Positions 18,773 to 28,644 of a DNA stretch of 64,000 nucleotides are shown here, one piece after another. The position numbers and the translations under genes were made by a program. This DNA comes from Flavobacteriales bacterium (lineage in GTDB: Bacteria > Bacteroidota > Bacteroidia > Flavobacteriales_F > PHOS-HE28), in assembly GCA_016788285.1 (NCBI GenBank), contig JAEUSW010000076.1, forward strand, positions 1,134 to 65,133, given 5' to 3'. Every line of letters begins with the position of its first letter. Within the stretch, counting starts at the first letter, position 1. The notes beneath the pieces were generated by a model that did not search any database, was not told where the DNA came from, and saw nothing but the letters and a program-made list of their open reading frames with translations.

Positions 18773-19363
18773 TCAGTCCACCACCACGGGTGTGAAGTCC
18801 GGAGCGATGTCGGTCTCGCCGCCGGCGTTGCTGATGTCGCCGTTGGATACGCCAGGTGCCGCTTTATCGGGTTCGTGGCGCAGGGTGATGAGCATGGAGC
18901 CGGTGTTGGAAGCGCCGACCGTCCAGATCGAGCGAAGTCCGATGGGGCGCCCGTTCACGTCGGCATCGTCGTAGGCGACGGAGATGTTCACCCCGGTGGG
19001 TTCGAAGAAGAACTGGTGCTCGGCGCCTTCATCTTCGATCTCGTGGGTGATGGTGTCCGCCGGGCTGGCGCTCTCGTCGAGCACGTCGATCTCCACATGG
19101 TACACGGAATCGGCCGAAAGGGTGTCCACCTCCAGAACGGGGTCGTTACCGCCGGGTCCGTCGATGTCGCGGTAGGTCCAGTGCTTGTGCTCGGTGCCGC
19201 CCACCGAGTGGAAGTGGAGTCGAACGGTGGTGATGAGCTCTTCCTCGTTGGCCGGAGGACCACCGGCCCCGGGTTCGTCCTTTTTGCAACCGGGCAGGAT
19301 GAAGGTGAGCAGGAGCAGGAGGAAGGCAAGGCCGCGCAGGGCGGCGTCGAACGTCGTTCTCAT
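18773..19363 (-). CDS. Hypothetical lipoprotein
   Basis: Lipoprotein signal peptide with a lipobox (LLLLTFILPGC). No known motif. Confidence 0.5.
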   Translation of the reverse strand: MRTTFDAALRGLAFLLLLLTFILPGCKKDEPGAGGPPANEEELITTVRLHFHSVGGTEHKHWTYRDIDGPGGNDPVLEVDTLSADSVYHVEIDVLDESASPADTITHEIEDEGAEHQFFFEPTGVNISVAYDDADVNGRPIGLRSIWTVGASNTGSMLITLRHEPDKAAPGVSNGDISNAGGETDIAPDFTPVVVD

Positions 19364-19495
19364 GGAATGGGTTGAAGTGGCGCGATGCGCCGGATGGGTT
19401 GATGGTCGGAAACGCACCTGGCGCTGGATGACGCCGGGTGTGAGGGCCTTTGTCGAGGCCCTGTACCGCACGGACCGGTCCGGTCCGGCGGTCGA

Positions 19496-19801
19496 TCAAC
19501 CGCGTGATGGAGGCCCCCGATCGGAAAGGACCCGCGCCGGGGACGCCAGCCTGGGACGCTCGCGAGGGATCAGCGCTTCCCAGGCCTGCGGCACAGGAGG
19601 GCGCACGATCGGTGCGACCGCCGCCATCGCGGTGGGAAGACCATCGGAACAGAGCGAACAGGACTCGGAAAGAGCCGGCCCCGGACCGGTATGGGGCACA
19701 TCATCCGCATGGATGGCCAGGTGCCAGCCATCACGTCCCACGCCGCCCAGCAGGAGCAGGGTGATGAGGAGGAGGGCACGGACGGGGCGCAAGCGCTCCA
19801 T
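19496..19801 (-). CDS. Small hypothetical secreted protein downstream of the LytTR regulator
   Basis: Signal-peptide-like N-terminus (MERLRPVRALLLITLLLLGGVG) and a CSLCSDG motif. Weak support; the high-GC context inflates spurious ORFs. Confidence 0.3.
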   Translation of the reverse strand: MERLRPVRALLLITLLLLGGVGRDGWHLAIHADDVPHTGPGPALSESCSLCSDGLPTAMAAVAPIVRPPVPQAWEALIPRERPRLASPARVLSDRGPPSRG

Positions 19802-19836
19802 GCCCCCAAACCTAATCACGAACGCAGGGAGGTGCC

Positions 19837-20589
19837 TCAGACCTGGGGAATGAGCGCCAGCAGACGGCTCATGTAGGTGCGGCCGATGGGGATGCGCTTG
19901 GTGCCACCCTCCAGGAGCACATCGCCGTCATCAATGCTCTGGATGCGGTCCAGACGCACGATGTGGGAGCGGTGGATGCGCATGAAGTCGCGCGCGGGCA
20001 GCATGGCCTCGAACTCCTGCATGGTGCCGTGCACCACATAGCGGCGGTCCTTCAGGTGGAAGGAGGCATAGTCCTTCAGGGCCTCGACGTGCTCGATCTC
20101 GCGGAAGGCCACACGCACCGCGCGCCCCCTGTGCTTGATGAACACGTGCTCATCGTCCTGGCCTTTGGCCACGGATCGCTTCAGCCGGTCGCGCTCCATG
20201 CGGAGCTTGCTCTCCTCACCCCCCTTGAAGAGGGCGATCTCGATGTTGGAGCGCAGGGCCGCTTCGGTGAACGGCTTCACGATGTAGCCCAAGGGTTCGG
20301 CCAACTTGGCCTCATGGAGGGTGCTGTCCTCCGAGAACGCGGTCAGGAAGACCACGGGAATGCCCATGTTGGTGCGGATGACCTTGGCGGCCTCGATGCC
20401 GGTCATGGCGCTCCGCAGCCGGATGTCCATCAACACCATGTCCGGTCGCTGCTCCATGGCGAGGTCCACCGCCTCCGCCGCATCGCCGGTGCTGCCTGCC
20501 ACGTCATAGCCCAGCAGGGTGAGGCTGCGTTCGATGTCCTTGCGGATGAGGGCTTCATCCTCGACGACCAGGATGCGGGGATGGTTCAT
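19837..20589 (-). CDS. LytTR family two-component response regulator (REC + LytTR DNA-binding domain)
   Basis: REC domain (ILVVEDEALIRKDI...DMVLMDIRL...). C-terminal LytTR domain (FIKHRGRAVRVAFREIEHVEALKDYASFHL...HRSHIVRLDRI). Confidence 0.85.
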   Translation of the reverse strand: MNHPRILVVEDEALIRKDIERSLTLLGYDVAGSTGDAAEAVDLAMEQRPDMVLMDIRLRSAMTGIEAAKVIRTNMGIPVVFLTAFSEDSTLHEAKLAEPLGYIVKPFTEAALRSNIEIALFKGGEESKLRMERDRLKRSVAKGQDDEHVFIKHRGRAVRVAFREIEHVEALKDYASFHLKDRRYVVHGTMQEFEAMLPARDFMRIHRSHIVRLDRIQSIDDGDVLLEGGTKRIPIGRTYMSRLLALIPQV

Positions 20590-20698
20590 GGCGAAGGGGT
20601 TGTGCGGTCTGCCCGGGTCGGGGCTACGCTCACAACGATACGTGGGTCACGACCGCTTGTTGTGCCGATCTCGACGAAGCGGGTCGGAAGAGCGATGT

Positions 20699-20729
20699 AG
20701 CGGGCATCCCTGACGAGGGATGCCCGCTC
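20699..20729 (-). terminator. Perfect stem-loop (gcgggcatccct-gacga-gggatgcccgc) just downstream of the T9SS cargo gene
   Basis: 12-bp perfect inverted repeat with a 5-nt loop immediately after the stop at 20740. Confidence 0.4.
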
Positions 20730-20739
20730 ATCAAAAGGC

Positions 20740-22461
20740 TCAATGCTTCACCAGACGGATGGTGCCGGCCCCCGCGATCCGGATCAGGAAGGTGCCGGCG
20801 GGGAGGGCGTCGGTGGCCATCGATGTGCGACCGTTGCTGACCGTCGCACGCTGCACGTCCACGGTCCTGCCGGTGGCATCCTCCACCAGCAGCGTCACCG
20901 GTCCATCGGGCAGGCCCCCGATCGTCACCCTGCCCTGGCTCACCGGATTGGGCGCCACCACCAGGCTGAGCGGCGCGTCCTCGCGCACGCCCGTGGAGAT
21001 GCCCGTCGGGAAGAAGCCGTTCGGGTCGGCGCCATGGTCAAGACCCGTGTAGCTCGGGTTCTGGGCGCTGATCGTGAAGCGGTAGTACCCGAGCATGGGC
21101 AGTCCGGGGTGGTCGAACACCACGCGGTATTCACCGTAGGGTACGTTGACGAACGCGAAGAGCCCGTCGGCATCCGTGCGATCGAAGGCCACCGGTTCGT
21201 GGGACGGCCAGGCCTCCAGGAAGACACTGACCCCTTCCCACGGGGTGCCCTGCTGGCTGCGCACGATCCCCAGGTCGCCCAGGTAGCCGCTCACATAGCC
21301 CGTGCCGGCCAGGTTGCCCACGCCCACCAGGGTGATGTCGGCATCGATGGTGGTATCGCATACGGCGCCCAGCACTTCAGCGAAGTCCCAGTAGTGGGTG
21401 TTGAGGTGATAGGAGGTGGCGTGCCCCGGTGTGTTGGTCGAGTCGGGGATGGCGCGCAGGATGTACTGGCCGTTCGGTTGTCCGGAGAAGCTGTACTCGC
21501 CCTGGGCGTTCACCGGGCTCGTGGCGATCAGCGTGGAGCTGAGGCTGTTGAGCCCGTACTCCCAGAGCTCGACGGATCCGCTGCTGACCGCGGTGCCCGT
21601 GGAGTCCATCACGGTGCCGGTGAAGCCCAGCACGGCGGAGGGACAGTTCACCACCCACAGTTGCACTTCGCGCATGGTGCTGCCGATCCAGGTCCCGTTC
21701 CGGTACTCATCGATGCGGTAGGCCACCACCCAGGCACCAACGGTGGTGGGGATGGCGCAATGGTTCCCACCGGCCACATCGAAGGCATGGCCGTTCACGG
21801 TCGGGAAGGGGTCCGTGGGGCTGAACGGCGGGTTGTACGAGGCCGGTCCGAGCGTTCCGTTCTGCACCGGCACCATGCTGAAGAGGAGCGAATCCCCGTC
21901 CACATCGAAGGTGCTGTTGTCCTGGCAGAACATCACATTGGAGCAGATGAAGGGCATCTGGAGCTCCTGGTACACCGGCGCGGAGTTGCAGGGTGCGTCC
22001 ACGGTGTTGAGCCCGGCATGCAGGTAACTGTTCAGTTGGTCCGGCGTCACCAGGTTGGAGATCGCCGCGTTCCTGCAGCACGTGGTCCACGTGAACTCGT
22101 AGTCCGGGCACGCCATGGGCAGCGAGATCGTGTCGCGGTAGACATAAACCTCCATCCCCGGGGCCTGTCCACCATCACAGGTCGACAGAAGGCCCGAACA
22201 GGGTGACGCGATGGTGGCCGTGTCGATGAGGTACACCGTCAACGATTGGCTGTAGCCGCACGCGCTGGAATTGATGTCCACGATCTCCTGGGCCGAGACG
22301 GGAATGCCGGAACAATCCCTGTACAGCACGAGGCTGATGAGGTAGTCCGATCCGCCGAGGCAGCGGTAGGTGAGCTCACCGCCCATGATGTGCGTGGCGT
22401 GGGCACGCGGGGCGTTCAGAAGAGCAAGAAGCAGCAGGAGGAACGCGGAAAAATGACGCAT
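20740..22461 (-). CDS. Secreted T9SS cargo protein with Cys-rich N-terminal module, CarboxypepD_reg-like beta-sandwich domains and a C-terminal T9SS type-A sorting domain
   Basis: Signal peptide MRHFSAFLLLLLALLNAPRAHA. Conserved THIMGGELTYRC start. C-terminal VVAPNPVSQGRVTIGG...GTFLIRIAGAGTIRLVKH matches the Por secretion tail (T9SS CTD). Confidence 0.75.
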   Translation of the reverse strand: MRHFSAFLLLLLALLNAPRAHATHIMGGELTYRCLGGSDYLISLVLYRDCSGIPVSAQEIVDINSSACGYSQSLTVYLIDTATIASPCSGLLSTCDGGQAPGMEVYVYRDTISLPMACPDYEFTWTTCCRNAAISNLVTPDQLNSYLHAGLNTVDAPCNSAPVYQELQMPFICSNVMFCQDNSTFDVDGDSLLFSMVPVQNGTLGPASYNPPFSPTDPFPTVNGHAFDVAGGNHCAIPTTVGAWVVAYRIDEYRNGTWIGSTMREVQLWVVNCPSAVLGFTGTVMDSTGTAVSSGSVELWEYGLNSLSSTLIATSPVNAQGEYSFSGQPNGQYILRAIPDSTNTPGHATSYHLNTHYWDFAEVLGAVCDTTIDADITLVGVGNLAGTGYVSGYLGDLGIVRSQQGTPWEGVSVFLEAWPSHEPVAFDRTDADGLFAFVNVPYGEYRVVFDHPGLPMLGYYRFTISAQNPSYTGLDHGADPNGFFPTGISTGVREDAPLSLVVAPNPVSQGRVTIGGLPDGPVTLLVEDATGRTVDVQRATVSNGRTSMATDALPAGTFLIRIAGAGTIRLVKH

Positions 22462-22560
22462 GAGGGGTCCGGTTTTGGGGTTGACGTCACGGGCTGCCGA
22501 GCGGTTGCCCGCGGAGTGAAGATAGCGGCCCGTAGCTTCGTGCGACCTGACCCTCGATCC

Positions 22561-24987
22561 ATGCGCCCGATCACCGCCGTTCCGGCCCTCTGCATTCTCT
22601 CTGTCGTCCACGCCCAGCCCTATCGCATGGGCTGCAGGATCCTGCACGAACCCTACCGTCCGGGTCCCGCGCTCACCGCGCTCCAGCGCACCCAGATCGA
22701 CCAGACCATCGCGCGCAGCGATACGTTCGACATCCTGCACTACGACATTCAGCTGGACGTGACCCGGACGCAGGACCAGTGGATCGGCGGCGTGTGCGCT
22801 GTGTCATTCGCTCCGCGTCTTGCCGGGCAGAGCAGCATCCGCTTCGACCTGTACGACCTCACGGTGGATTCGGTGACCAGTGGACTGGGCCTCCATCCGT
22901 ACAGCTACGATGGGGAGTTCCTTACCGTGGACCTGCTGAACGTACCGGCGGTGGGGGAGCAGCGCACGTTGACCGTGCACTATCAGGGAACGCCGCACCG
23001 CGATCCCGACTGGGGCGGTTTCTACTTCGAGAGCGGGTATATCTACAACCTGGGCATCGGCATCAGCACCATCCCGCCCAACTTCGGCAAGGTGTGGTAT
23101 CCCTGCTTCGACTCGTTCGTGGAACGGGCCACCTACACCTATCACGTGAAGAGCGCCGGCACCTATCGGCTGCGGGGTCAGGGCGACTTCCTGGGCGAGG
23201 TGCAGCTGGGCGGCGATACCGTGGTGCGCTCCTATGGCATCGGCCGTGCGCTGCCCACGCACGTTTCCGCCGTCGCCGTATCCAACTATGTGGACAGCAC
23301 CTACCTGCACACGGGCGCGTACGGGACCATTCCGGTGACCCTCACCGCCAAGCCGGCGCAACTGGCCGGGATGGTCTCCCGGTTCGGCGATCTGGGCGGG
23401 GCCATCGACGCGTGCGAGCACTGGTACGGTCCGTACGGCTGGGGCCGGGTGGGTTATGTGCTGACGACCGACGGGGCACTGGAGATCCCCACCAACATCG
23501 CCTATCCCCAGTTCATGACGGGGCAGCCGGTATCCGACAATCGCCAGCTGCTGAGCCACGAGCTGGGGCACCATTGGTGGGGCGACATCGTGACACCGTA
23601 CATCCACAACGACATGTGGCTCAAGGAAGGTCCGGCCGAATACAGCGGCCACCTCGTGGATGAATGGGTCTATGGCCACGATCAGTTCATCACCACGGTG
23701 CTGAACAACCAGTACGATGTGCTGAAGAACAGTCACCTCCAGGACGGCGGCTTCCAGCCCCTGTCGCCGATGCCCGATCCGTACATCTACGGACACCACA
23801 CTTACTACAAGGGGGCCTCGGTGATGCACAACCTGCGGGGCTATCTGGGTGACACGCTGTTCCGGCAGGCGATGACCGGGGTGCAGCAGGTGTTCGCGGA
23901 CACGGCCCTGGACGCAGCGGGTTTCCGCGACGCGTTGGAGCAGGTCACCGGGGCCGACCTCGACCCCTTCTTCGATGCCTGGGTGTTCGCGCCCGGGTTC
24001 AGCGTGTTCGTCGTCGATGCGGTGAGCGCCGCGCCACAAGGCGGGTCCTGGTCGGTGGACCTCACCCTCCGCCAACGGCTGCGCGGGACGACGGACCTCC
24101 ATCAGCAGGTGCCCCTGGATATCACCTTGATCGGTGCGGGGTGGCAGCGCAGCGAACATCAGGTCGTGGCCGGCGGGGAGCTTACCGCGGTGAACATCGT
24201 GGCGCCGTTCGAGCCGGTGATGGCCGTGGTGAACGGTCACCGCAGGTTGAACCAGGCGCGCATGGACCACGAGTTCGTCATCCGTCCGGGTGAGAGCTTC
24301 AGCTCCACCCTGCCGCGGGTGGACTTCCGGCTGTTCCCGGAGGCGGTGCCGGATTCGGCCCTCTTCCGCATCGACCACATCTGGGCCGCACCCGAGGCAT
24401 CGCAGACCACGGCGGAGGTGGAGGCCATCAGTGGCACGCACTACTGGGTGGTGGACGGGTTGTGGCCGGCGGGCACCCACCTCTCGGCCCGCATCAACTA
24501 CTACGGTGCATCGGACAGTCAGCTGGACTTCGACCTCTACGATGGCACGGAAGCCGGCGCCGCGGTGCTGTACCGCGCACATCCCGGAGCGCCCTGGACC
24601 ACGTATCCGCATCAGGTGGTGGTGGCCGGGTCGCTCACCAACGGCACCGGGTACATGGAACTGGACTCCCTGCTGGTGGGGGAGTATGCGCTGGGCAAGA
24701 GCGGCGCGATCGCTTCGATCCCCGGCGGGGCGGCGGGCGGATCGCAGGAGCTAGTCGTGTTCCCCATGCCGGCCTCGGAGGAGTTGCATGTGGAGGTGCC
24801 GGACGGCCTTTGGGCGGATGAGCTTGTGCTGGTGGCGGCTGATGGGCGCATGCTGATCCGGCAGAAGGCCACGCGTGAGCCCGTGCAACGCGTACCCGTG
24901 GCGGGACTGCCTGTCGGTGCTCATGTATTGGAGGTCCGCATGCGCGACGGGGCCATCCTTCGGACGCCGGTGATCATCCGACGCTAG
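22561..24987 (+). CDS. M1 family zinc aminopeptidase with C-terminal T9SS sorting domain
   Basis: Signal peptide MRPITAVPALCILSVVHAQ. Gluzincin HExxH-(18)-E motif (LLSHELGHHWWGD...WLKEGPAEY). C-terminal LVVFPMPASEELHVEV...HVLEVRMRDGAILRTPVI is a T9SS CTD. Confidence 0.85.
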   Translation: MRPITAVPALCILSVVHAQPYRMGCRILHEPYRPGPALTALQRTQIDQTIARSDTFDILHYDIQLDVTRTQDQWIGGVCAVSFAPRLAGQSSIRFDLYDLTVDSVTSGLGLHPYSYDGEFLTVDLLNVPAVGEQRTLTVHYQGTPHRDPDWGGFYFESGYIYNLGIGISTIPPNFGKVWYPCFDSFVERATYTYHVKSAGTYRLRGQGDFLGEVQLGGDTVVRSYGIGRALPTHVSAVAVSNYVDSTYLHTGAYGTIPVTLTAKPAQLAGMVSRFGDLGGAIDACEHWYGPYGWGRVGYVLTTDGALEIPTNIAYPQFMTGQPVSDNRQLLSHELGHHWWGDIVTPYIHNDMWLKEGPAEYSGHLVDEWVYGHDQFITTVLNNQYDVLKNSHLQDGGFQPLSPMPDPYIYGHHTYYKGASVMHNLRGYLGDTLFRQAMTGVQQVFADTALDAAGFRDALEQVTGADLDPFFDAWVFAPGFSVFVVDAVSAAPQGGSWSVDLTLRQRLRGTTDLHQQVPLDITLIGAGWQRSEHQVVAGGELTAVNIVAPFEPVMAVVNGHRRLNQARMDHEFVIRPGESFSSTLPRVDFRLFPEAVPDSALFRIDHIWAAPEASQTTAEVEAISGTHYWVVDGLWPAGTHLSARINYYGASDSQLDFDLYDGTEAGAAVLYRAHPGAPWTTYPHQVVVAGSLTNGTGYMELDSLLVGEYALGKSGAIASIPGGAAGGSQELVVFPMPASEELHVEVPDGLWADELVLVAADGRMLIRQKATREPVQRVPVAGLPVGAHVLEVRMRDGAILRTPVIIRR

Positions 24988-25039
24988 GCCTTGTCGATAA
25001 GTTCCCCGGGGATGACCGGTGGGGAGAGGTGGCGTCGGT

Positions 25040-25047
25040 TAGTTTCG
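25040..25047 (+). promoter_or_regulatory. Putative Bacteroidota sigma-A -7 element (TAGTTTCG, variant of TAnnTTTG) 21 nt upstream of the PPC-repeat protein start
   Basis: Seen in sequence. The same octamer recurs upstream of the gene at 28645. Confidence 0.3.
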
Positions 25048-25067
25048 ACGCCTCAACATCCATACCC

Positions 25068-28000
25068 ATGATCAGACCATACGCGATGAGCGTGGCCATG
25101 GCGATCCTGGCCCTGCCGGCCTTGGACGCTTCCGCGCAACGGACGAAGCAGGACATAGAACGGAACCCGGTCGCTCGGAAGGAGGGCGCCGACCGGTCGG
25201 CGACCCCCGGGGAGAAACAGCTGCGCGTGCATTCCGGTGCGGCCCCCAAATCACAGCGCCCGGCGAATGGCGGGATGTTCCGGGGTGGTGCACCGGTGAA
25301 CGACAACTGCGCCGGAGCCATCACCCTCACGGTGGGCTCCACCTGCAACCCGGTGACCGGGAACACGGCCGGTGCGACCAACAGCCTGGCCGCCATCTCG
25401 TGCAACAACTTCACCGGTGATGCCGATGATGATGTGTGGTACAAGTTCACCGCCACGGCCGCCGCATTGACCGTCCGTGTGGATGGTTCGCTGGACTTCG
25501 ATGCCGTGGTGGATGTGCGAAGCGGGGCCTGCAACGGCACCAACATCGGCTGCGCCGACGCCACCGTGGAGGATGGCGTCGAGCAGGTCTCCCTGGCCGG
25601 CCTCACGGTGGGCGCGACCTACTACGTCCGGGTGTACGACTACTACACGGGCGCCGCACCCACGACGGATCTCACCATCTGCGTGTTCGGCACACCGCCA
25701 CCGCCCGCCAACGACCAGTGCGCCAACGTGGTGGCCCAGAACCTGACCATCGGCGGAACGCTCACGTTCACGGGCAGCACGGCCGGAGCCACGGTCACGA
25801 ATGACGTCGTGGTCGGCGGCGACTTCGACGACGCGATCCCCAAGGTGTGGCATCGCTTCACCACGAGCACCTGCGCGAACGTGACGCTGGACTACTGCGG
25901 GACCACCCCGGTGTTCGACCAGATCTACATCGCGCTGGCGACCAGCTGCCCGGCGGATGCAGGCATCCTCGGCACCTTCGACTTCACCACGTGCGTGGAT
26001 GGGAACGGCACGGTGGTCTTCGCACAACTGCCGGCCGGCAGCTACTACATCCCGGTCGGCCAGTTCGGCGCAGGGAGCACGGGCCCGTACACCATTGAAC
26101 TGAACGCCACCGCCTGCGGCGCTCCCCCTGCGAACAATGAATGTTCCGGCGCCCAGCAGCTGGCGGTGAACACGACCTGCACGCCGGTGACGGGCAACGT
26201 GGCCGGTGCCACCCAGTCCATCGCCGCGCTCACCTGCGCCACCTTCACGGGGGATGCCAACGATGATGTGTGGTACAGCTTCGTGGCCACCGCGGCGTCG
26301 CTCACCGTCGAGGTGGACGGTTCGACGAACTTCGACGCGGTGGTGGACCTGCGCAGCGGAGCCTGCACGGGAACCAACATCGCGTGCGCCGACGCCACCG
26401 TGGCCGACGGTGTGGAGACCATCCAAGCCACCGGGCTTACCGTGGGGCAGACCTACTATGTGCGTGTGTACGACTACGCCGCCGGCTTCCCCACCACCAC
26501 CACCTTCACCATCTGCGTGTACGGCGGCGGGACCGCCCCCGCGAACGACCAGTGCCAGAACATCGTCCCACAGGCGTTGAACGTGGGCGGCTCGCTGAGC
26601 TTCACCGGGACCACCGTGGGCGCGACCACCACGAACGACGCGGTACCCTTGTCCGACATGGACGACGGGATCCCCAAGGTGTGGCATGCCTTCACCCTGA
26701 GCAGCTGCGCGAACGTCACTGTGTCGTATTGCAACACCACTCCCGTGTTCGACGAGATCTACATCGTGTGGACGGATTGCCCGGCGGCCGGGTTCAACGT
26801 GGGCACCTTCGACTTCACCACCTGCGCGGACGGCAACGGTACCGTGTTCTTCAACGCGCTGCCGGCAGGCACCTACTACCTGCCCATCGGGCAGTTCGGA
26901 TCCGGCACCACCGGGCCGTACACCTTGGAGCTGACGGCCTCGGCCTGCGCGGGGGTGCCGCCCAACGACGATTGTGGCGGAGCCACCGCGCTCACGGCCG
27001 GCACCACGTGCCAGTACGTGACGGGTGACGTGGCCAACGCGACGGAGTCCCTGCCTGCCATCAGCTGCAACGGCTTCACCGGGGATGCCAACGATGATGT
27101 GTGGTTCAGCTTCGTGGCCACGGCCGCGCAGCTCACCGTGGAGGTGGCCGGGTCCGATTCACTGGACGCCGTGGTGGAACTGTTCTCCGGCGGCTGCGCG
27201 AACCCGACGAGCATCGGTTGCGCGGATGCCACGCTGGAGGGCGGTACCGAAGTGATCCAAGCCGCGGGCCTCACCGTGGGACAGACGTACCTCGTCCGGG
27301 TGTACCACTACTTCACGGACATCCCGTTCACCACGACGTTCGACATCTGCGTGTTCGGTGGTGGCACGGCCCCGGCGAACGACAACTGTTCCAATGTGAC
27401 GCCGCAGGCGCTGGCCATCGGCGGCAGTGTGAACTTCACCGGCACCACGGTCGGGGCCACCACCACGGGTGACGCGGTCCCCGGATCGCCGATGGACGAC
27501 AACGTGCCCAAGGTGTGGCACGCGTTCACGCTCGCTGCCTGTGCGGATGTCACGGTGTCCTACTGCGGAACGAACCCGGTGTTCGATCAGTTCTACGTGG
27601 TGTGGACGTCCTGCCCGGCGGATACCTTCTATGCGGGCACCTTCGATTTCACGACATGCCCCGACGGCAACATCACGATCGAGTTCGTGAACCTCCAACC
27701 GGGTACCTACTGGCTGCCGGTGGGGCAGTTCGGGTCGGGCACGACGGGTCCGTACACCATGGCGGTGAGCGCCGTGGCGTGCGCCGGGCCTCCCGCGAAC
27801 AACGATTGCGCCAACGCCATCGGTCTCCCGGTATGGCCGGTGACGGACTGCCCGCAGAACAGTGCCCAGGGCAACAACGTGCAGGCCACGCAGGATGCGG
27901 GTGACCCCAGCTGCGATGCGACGACGGGCACTTACCTGGACATGTGGTATGAGTTCAACTCCGGCCCGAACAATGCCGTGACCGTCACCTTCAACAACAT

Positions 28001-28460
28001 CAGCATGGGCGACCATGTGGTGGTGGTCTACGATGGCTGCAACGGTGCCGAGGTGAGCTGTGAGATCGGTCCGACGGCCGCGTACGATGTGACCGTGGCC
28101 CCGAACACGGACCATGTGGTGCGGGTCTACTCCAACACCCAGTACGGCGGTGGCGGCGACTTCGAGATCTGCCTGTCCGCGGCCATCAGCACTGCGCTCA
28201 CCGAGTCCATGGTGGACGGCTGGACGGTGTTTCCGAACCCGACCGAGGGCAGTGTATCCGTGGTCTGGCCCACGGCGGCGAGCGATGCCCGATTGGAGCT
28301 CTTCGATGCCACCGGGCGGGTGGTGTGGAGCGACCGGCGCACGCTGAACACCGGCATGAACCTGGTGCGCGATGGCGCCGAAGCGCTCATGGCGGGCACG
28401 TACATCCTGCGTGTCAGCACCGACGACACGATCAGCGAACAGCGCCTCGTGGTGCAGTAA
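25068..28460 (+). CDS. Large secreted protein built from tandem PPC (pre-peptidase C-terminal)-like beta-sandwich domains, with C-terminal T9SS sorting domain
   Basis: Signal peptide (MSVAMAILALPALDASAQ). Three near-identical modules of about 278 aa, plus a divergent fourth, each beginning N(D/N)xC..A..L.. and containing DDDVWYxF...YYVRVYDY motifs. C-terminal WTVFPNPTEGSVSVVW...GTYILRVSTDDTISEQRLVVQ is a T9SS CTD. Confidence 0.75.
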   Translation: MIRPYAMSVAMAILALPALDASAQRTKQDIERNPVARKEGADRSATPGEKQLRVHSGAAPKSQRPANGGMFRGGAPVNDNCAGAITLTVGSTCNPVTGNTAGATNSLAAISCNNFTGDADDDVWYKFTATAAALTVRVDGSLDFDAVVDVRSGACNGTNIGCADATVEDGVEQVSLAGLTVGATYYVRVYDYYTGAAPTTDLTICVFGTPPPPANDQCANVVAQNLTIGGTLTFTGSTAGATVTNDVVVGGDFDDAIPKVWHRFTTSTCANVTLDYCGTTPVFDQIYIALATSCPADAGILGTFDFTTCVDGNGTVVFAQLPAGSYYIPVGQFGAGSTGPYTIELNATACGAPPANNECSGAQQLAVNTTCTPVTGNVAGATQSIAALTCATFTGDANDDVWYSFVATAASLTVEVDGSTNFDAVVDLRSGACTGTNIACADATVADGVETIQATGLTVGQTYYVRVYDYAAGFPTTTTFTICVYGGGTAPANDQCQNIVPQALNVGGSLSFTGTTVGATTTNDAVPLSDMDDGIPKVWHAFTLSSCANVTVSYCNTTPVFDEIYIVWTDCPAAGFNVGTFDFTTCADGNGTVFFNALPAGTYYLPIGQFGSGTTGPYTLELTASACAGVPPNDDCGGATALTAGTTCQYVTGDVANATESLPAISCNGFTGDANDDVWFSFVATAAQLTVEVAGSDSLDAVVELFSGGCANPTSIGCADATLEGGTEVIQAAGLTVGQTYLVRVYHYFTDIPFTTTFDICVFGGGTAPANDNCSNVTPQALAIGGSVNFTGTTVGATTTGDAVPGSPMDDNVPKVWHAFTLAACADVTVSYCGTNPVFDQFYVVWTSCPADTFYAGTFDFTTCPDGNITIEFVNLQPGTYWLPVGQFGSGTTGPYTMAVSAVACAGPPANNDCANAIGLPVWPVTDCPQNSAQGNNVQATQDAGDPSCDATTGTYLDMWYEFNSGPNNAVTVTFNNISMGDHVVVVYDGCNGAEVSCEIGPTAAYDVTVAPNTDHVVRVYSNTQYGGGGDFEICLSAAISTALTESMVDGWTVFPNPTEGSVSVVWPTAASDARLELFDATGRVVWSDRRTLNTGMNLVRDGAEALMAGTYILRVSTDDTISEQRLVVQ
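25295..27800 (+). repeat. Intragenic tandem DNA repeat, period about 833 bp (three copies plus a divergent fourth)
   Basis: Module starts at about 25295, 26128, 26960 and 27795. Long stretches of near-identical nucleotides recur (for example tgatgccaacgatgatgtgtggtacagcttcgtggccac). Confidence 0.8.
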
Positions 28461-28480
28461 GCCGTTCGATCGAGCTGGAG

Positions 28481-28516
28481 CGGGGCGGTCCTTCGGGCCG
28501 CCCCGCTTCCTTTTCG
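28481..28516 (+). terminator. Rho-independent terminator (gcggggcggtcc-ttcg-ggccgccccgc followed by TTCCTTTTC)
   Basis: GC-rich 11-12-bp stem with a tetraloop and a T-rich tail, 20 nt after the stop of the PPC-repeat gene. Confidence 0.7.
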
Positions 28517-28600
28517 GGCTGAGCGGTTGTGAACAGAGGTCTGTTGATCGATCGGTCGGCCTGGAGGCCAGGGAGCCTTGGATCCCGTAGGTCGCCCCGA

Positions 28601-28608
28601 TAGTTTCG
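28601..28608 (+). promoter_or_regulatory. Putative -7 promoter element TAGTTTCG upstream of the 28645 gene
   Basis: Seen in sequence. Identical octamer to 25040-25047. Confidence 0.25.
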
Positions 28609-28644
28609 CCGCCCGGTCCGCGCACCAGCCGGACCACTGCACAC

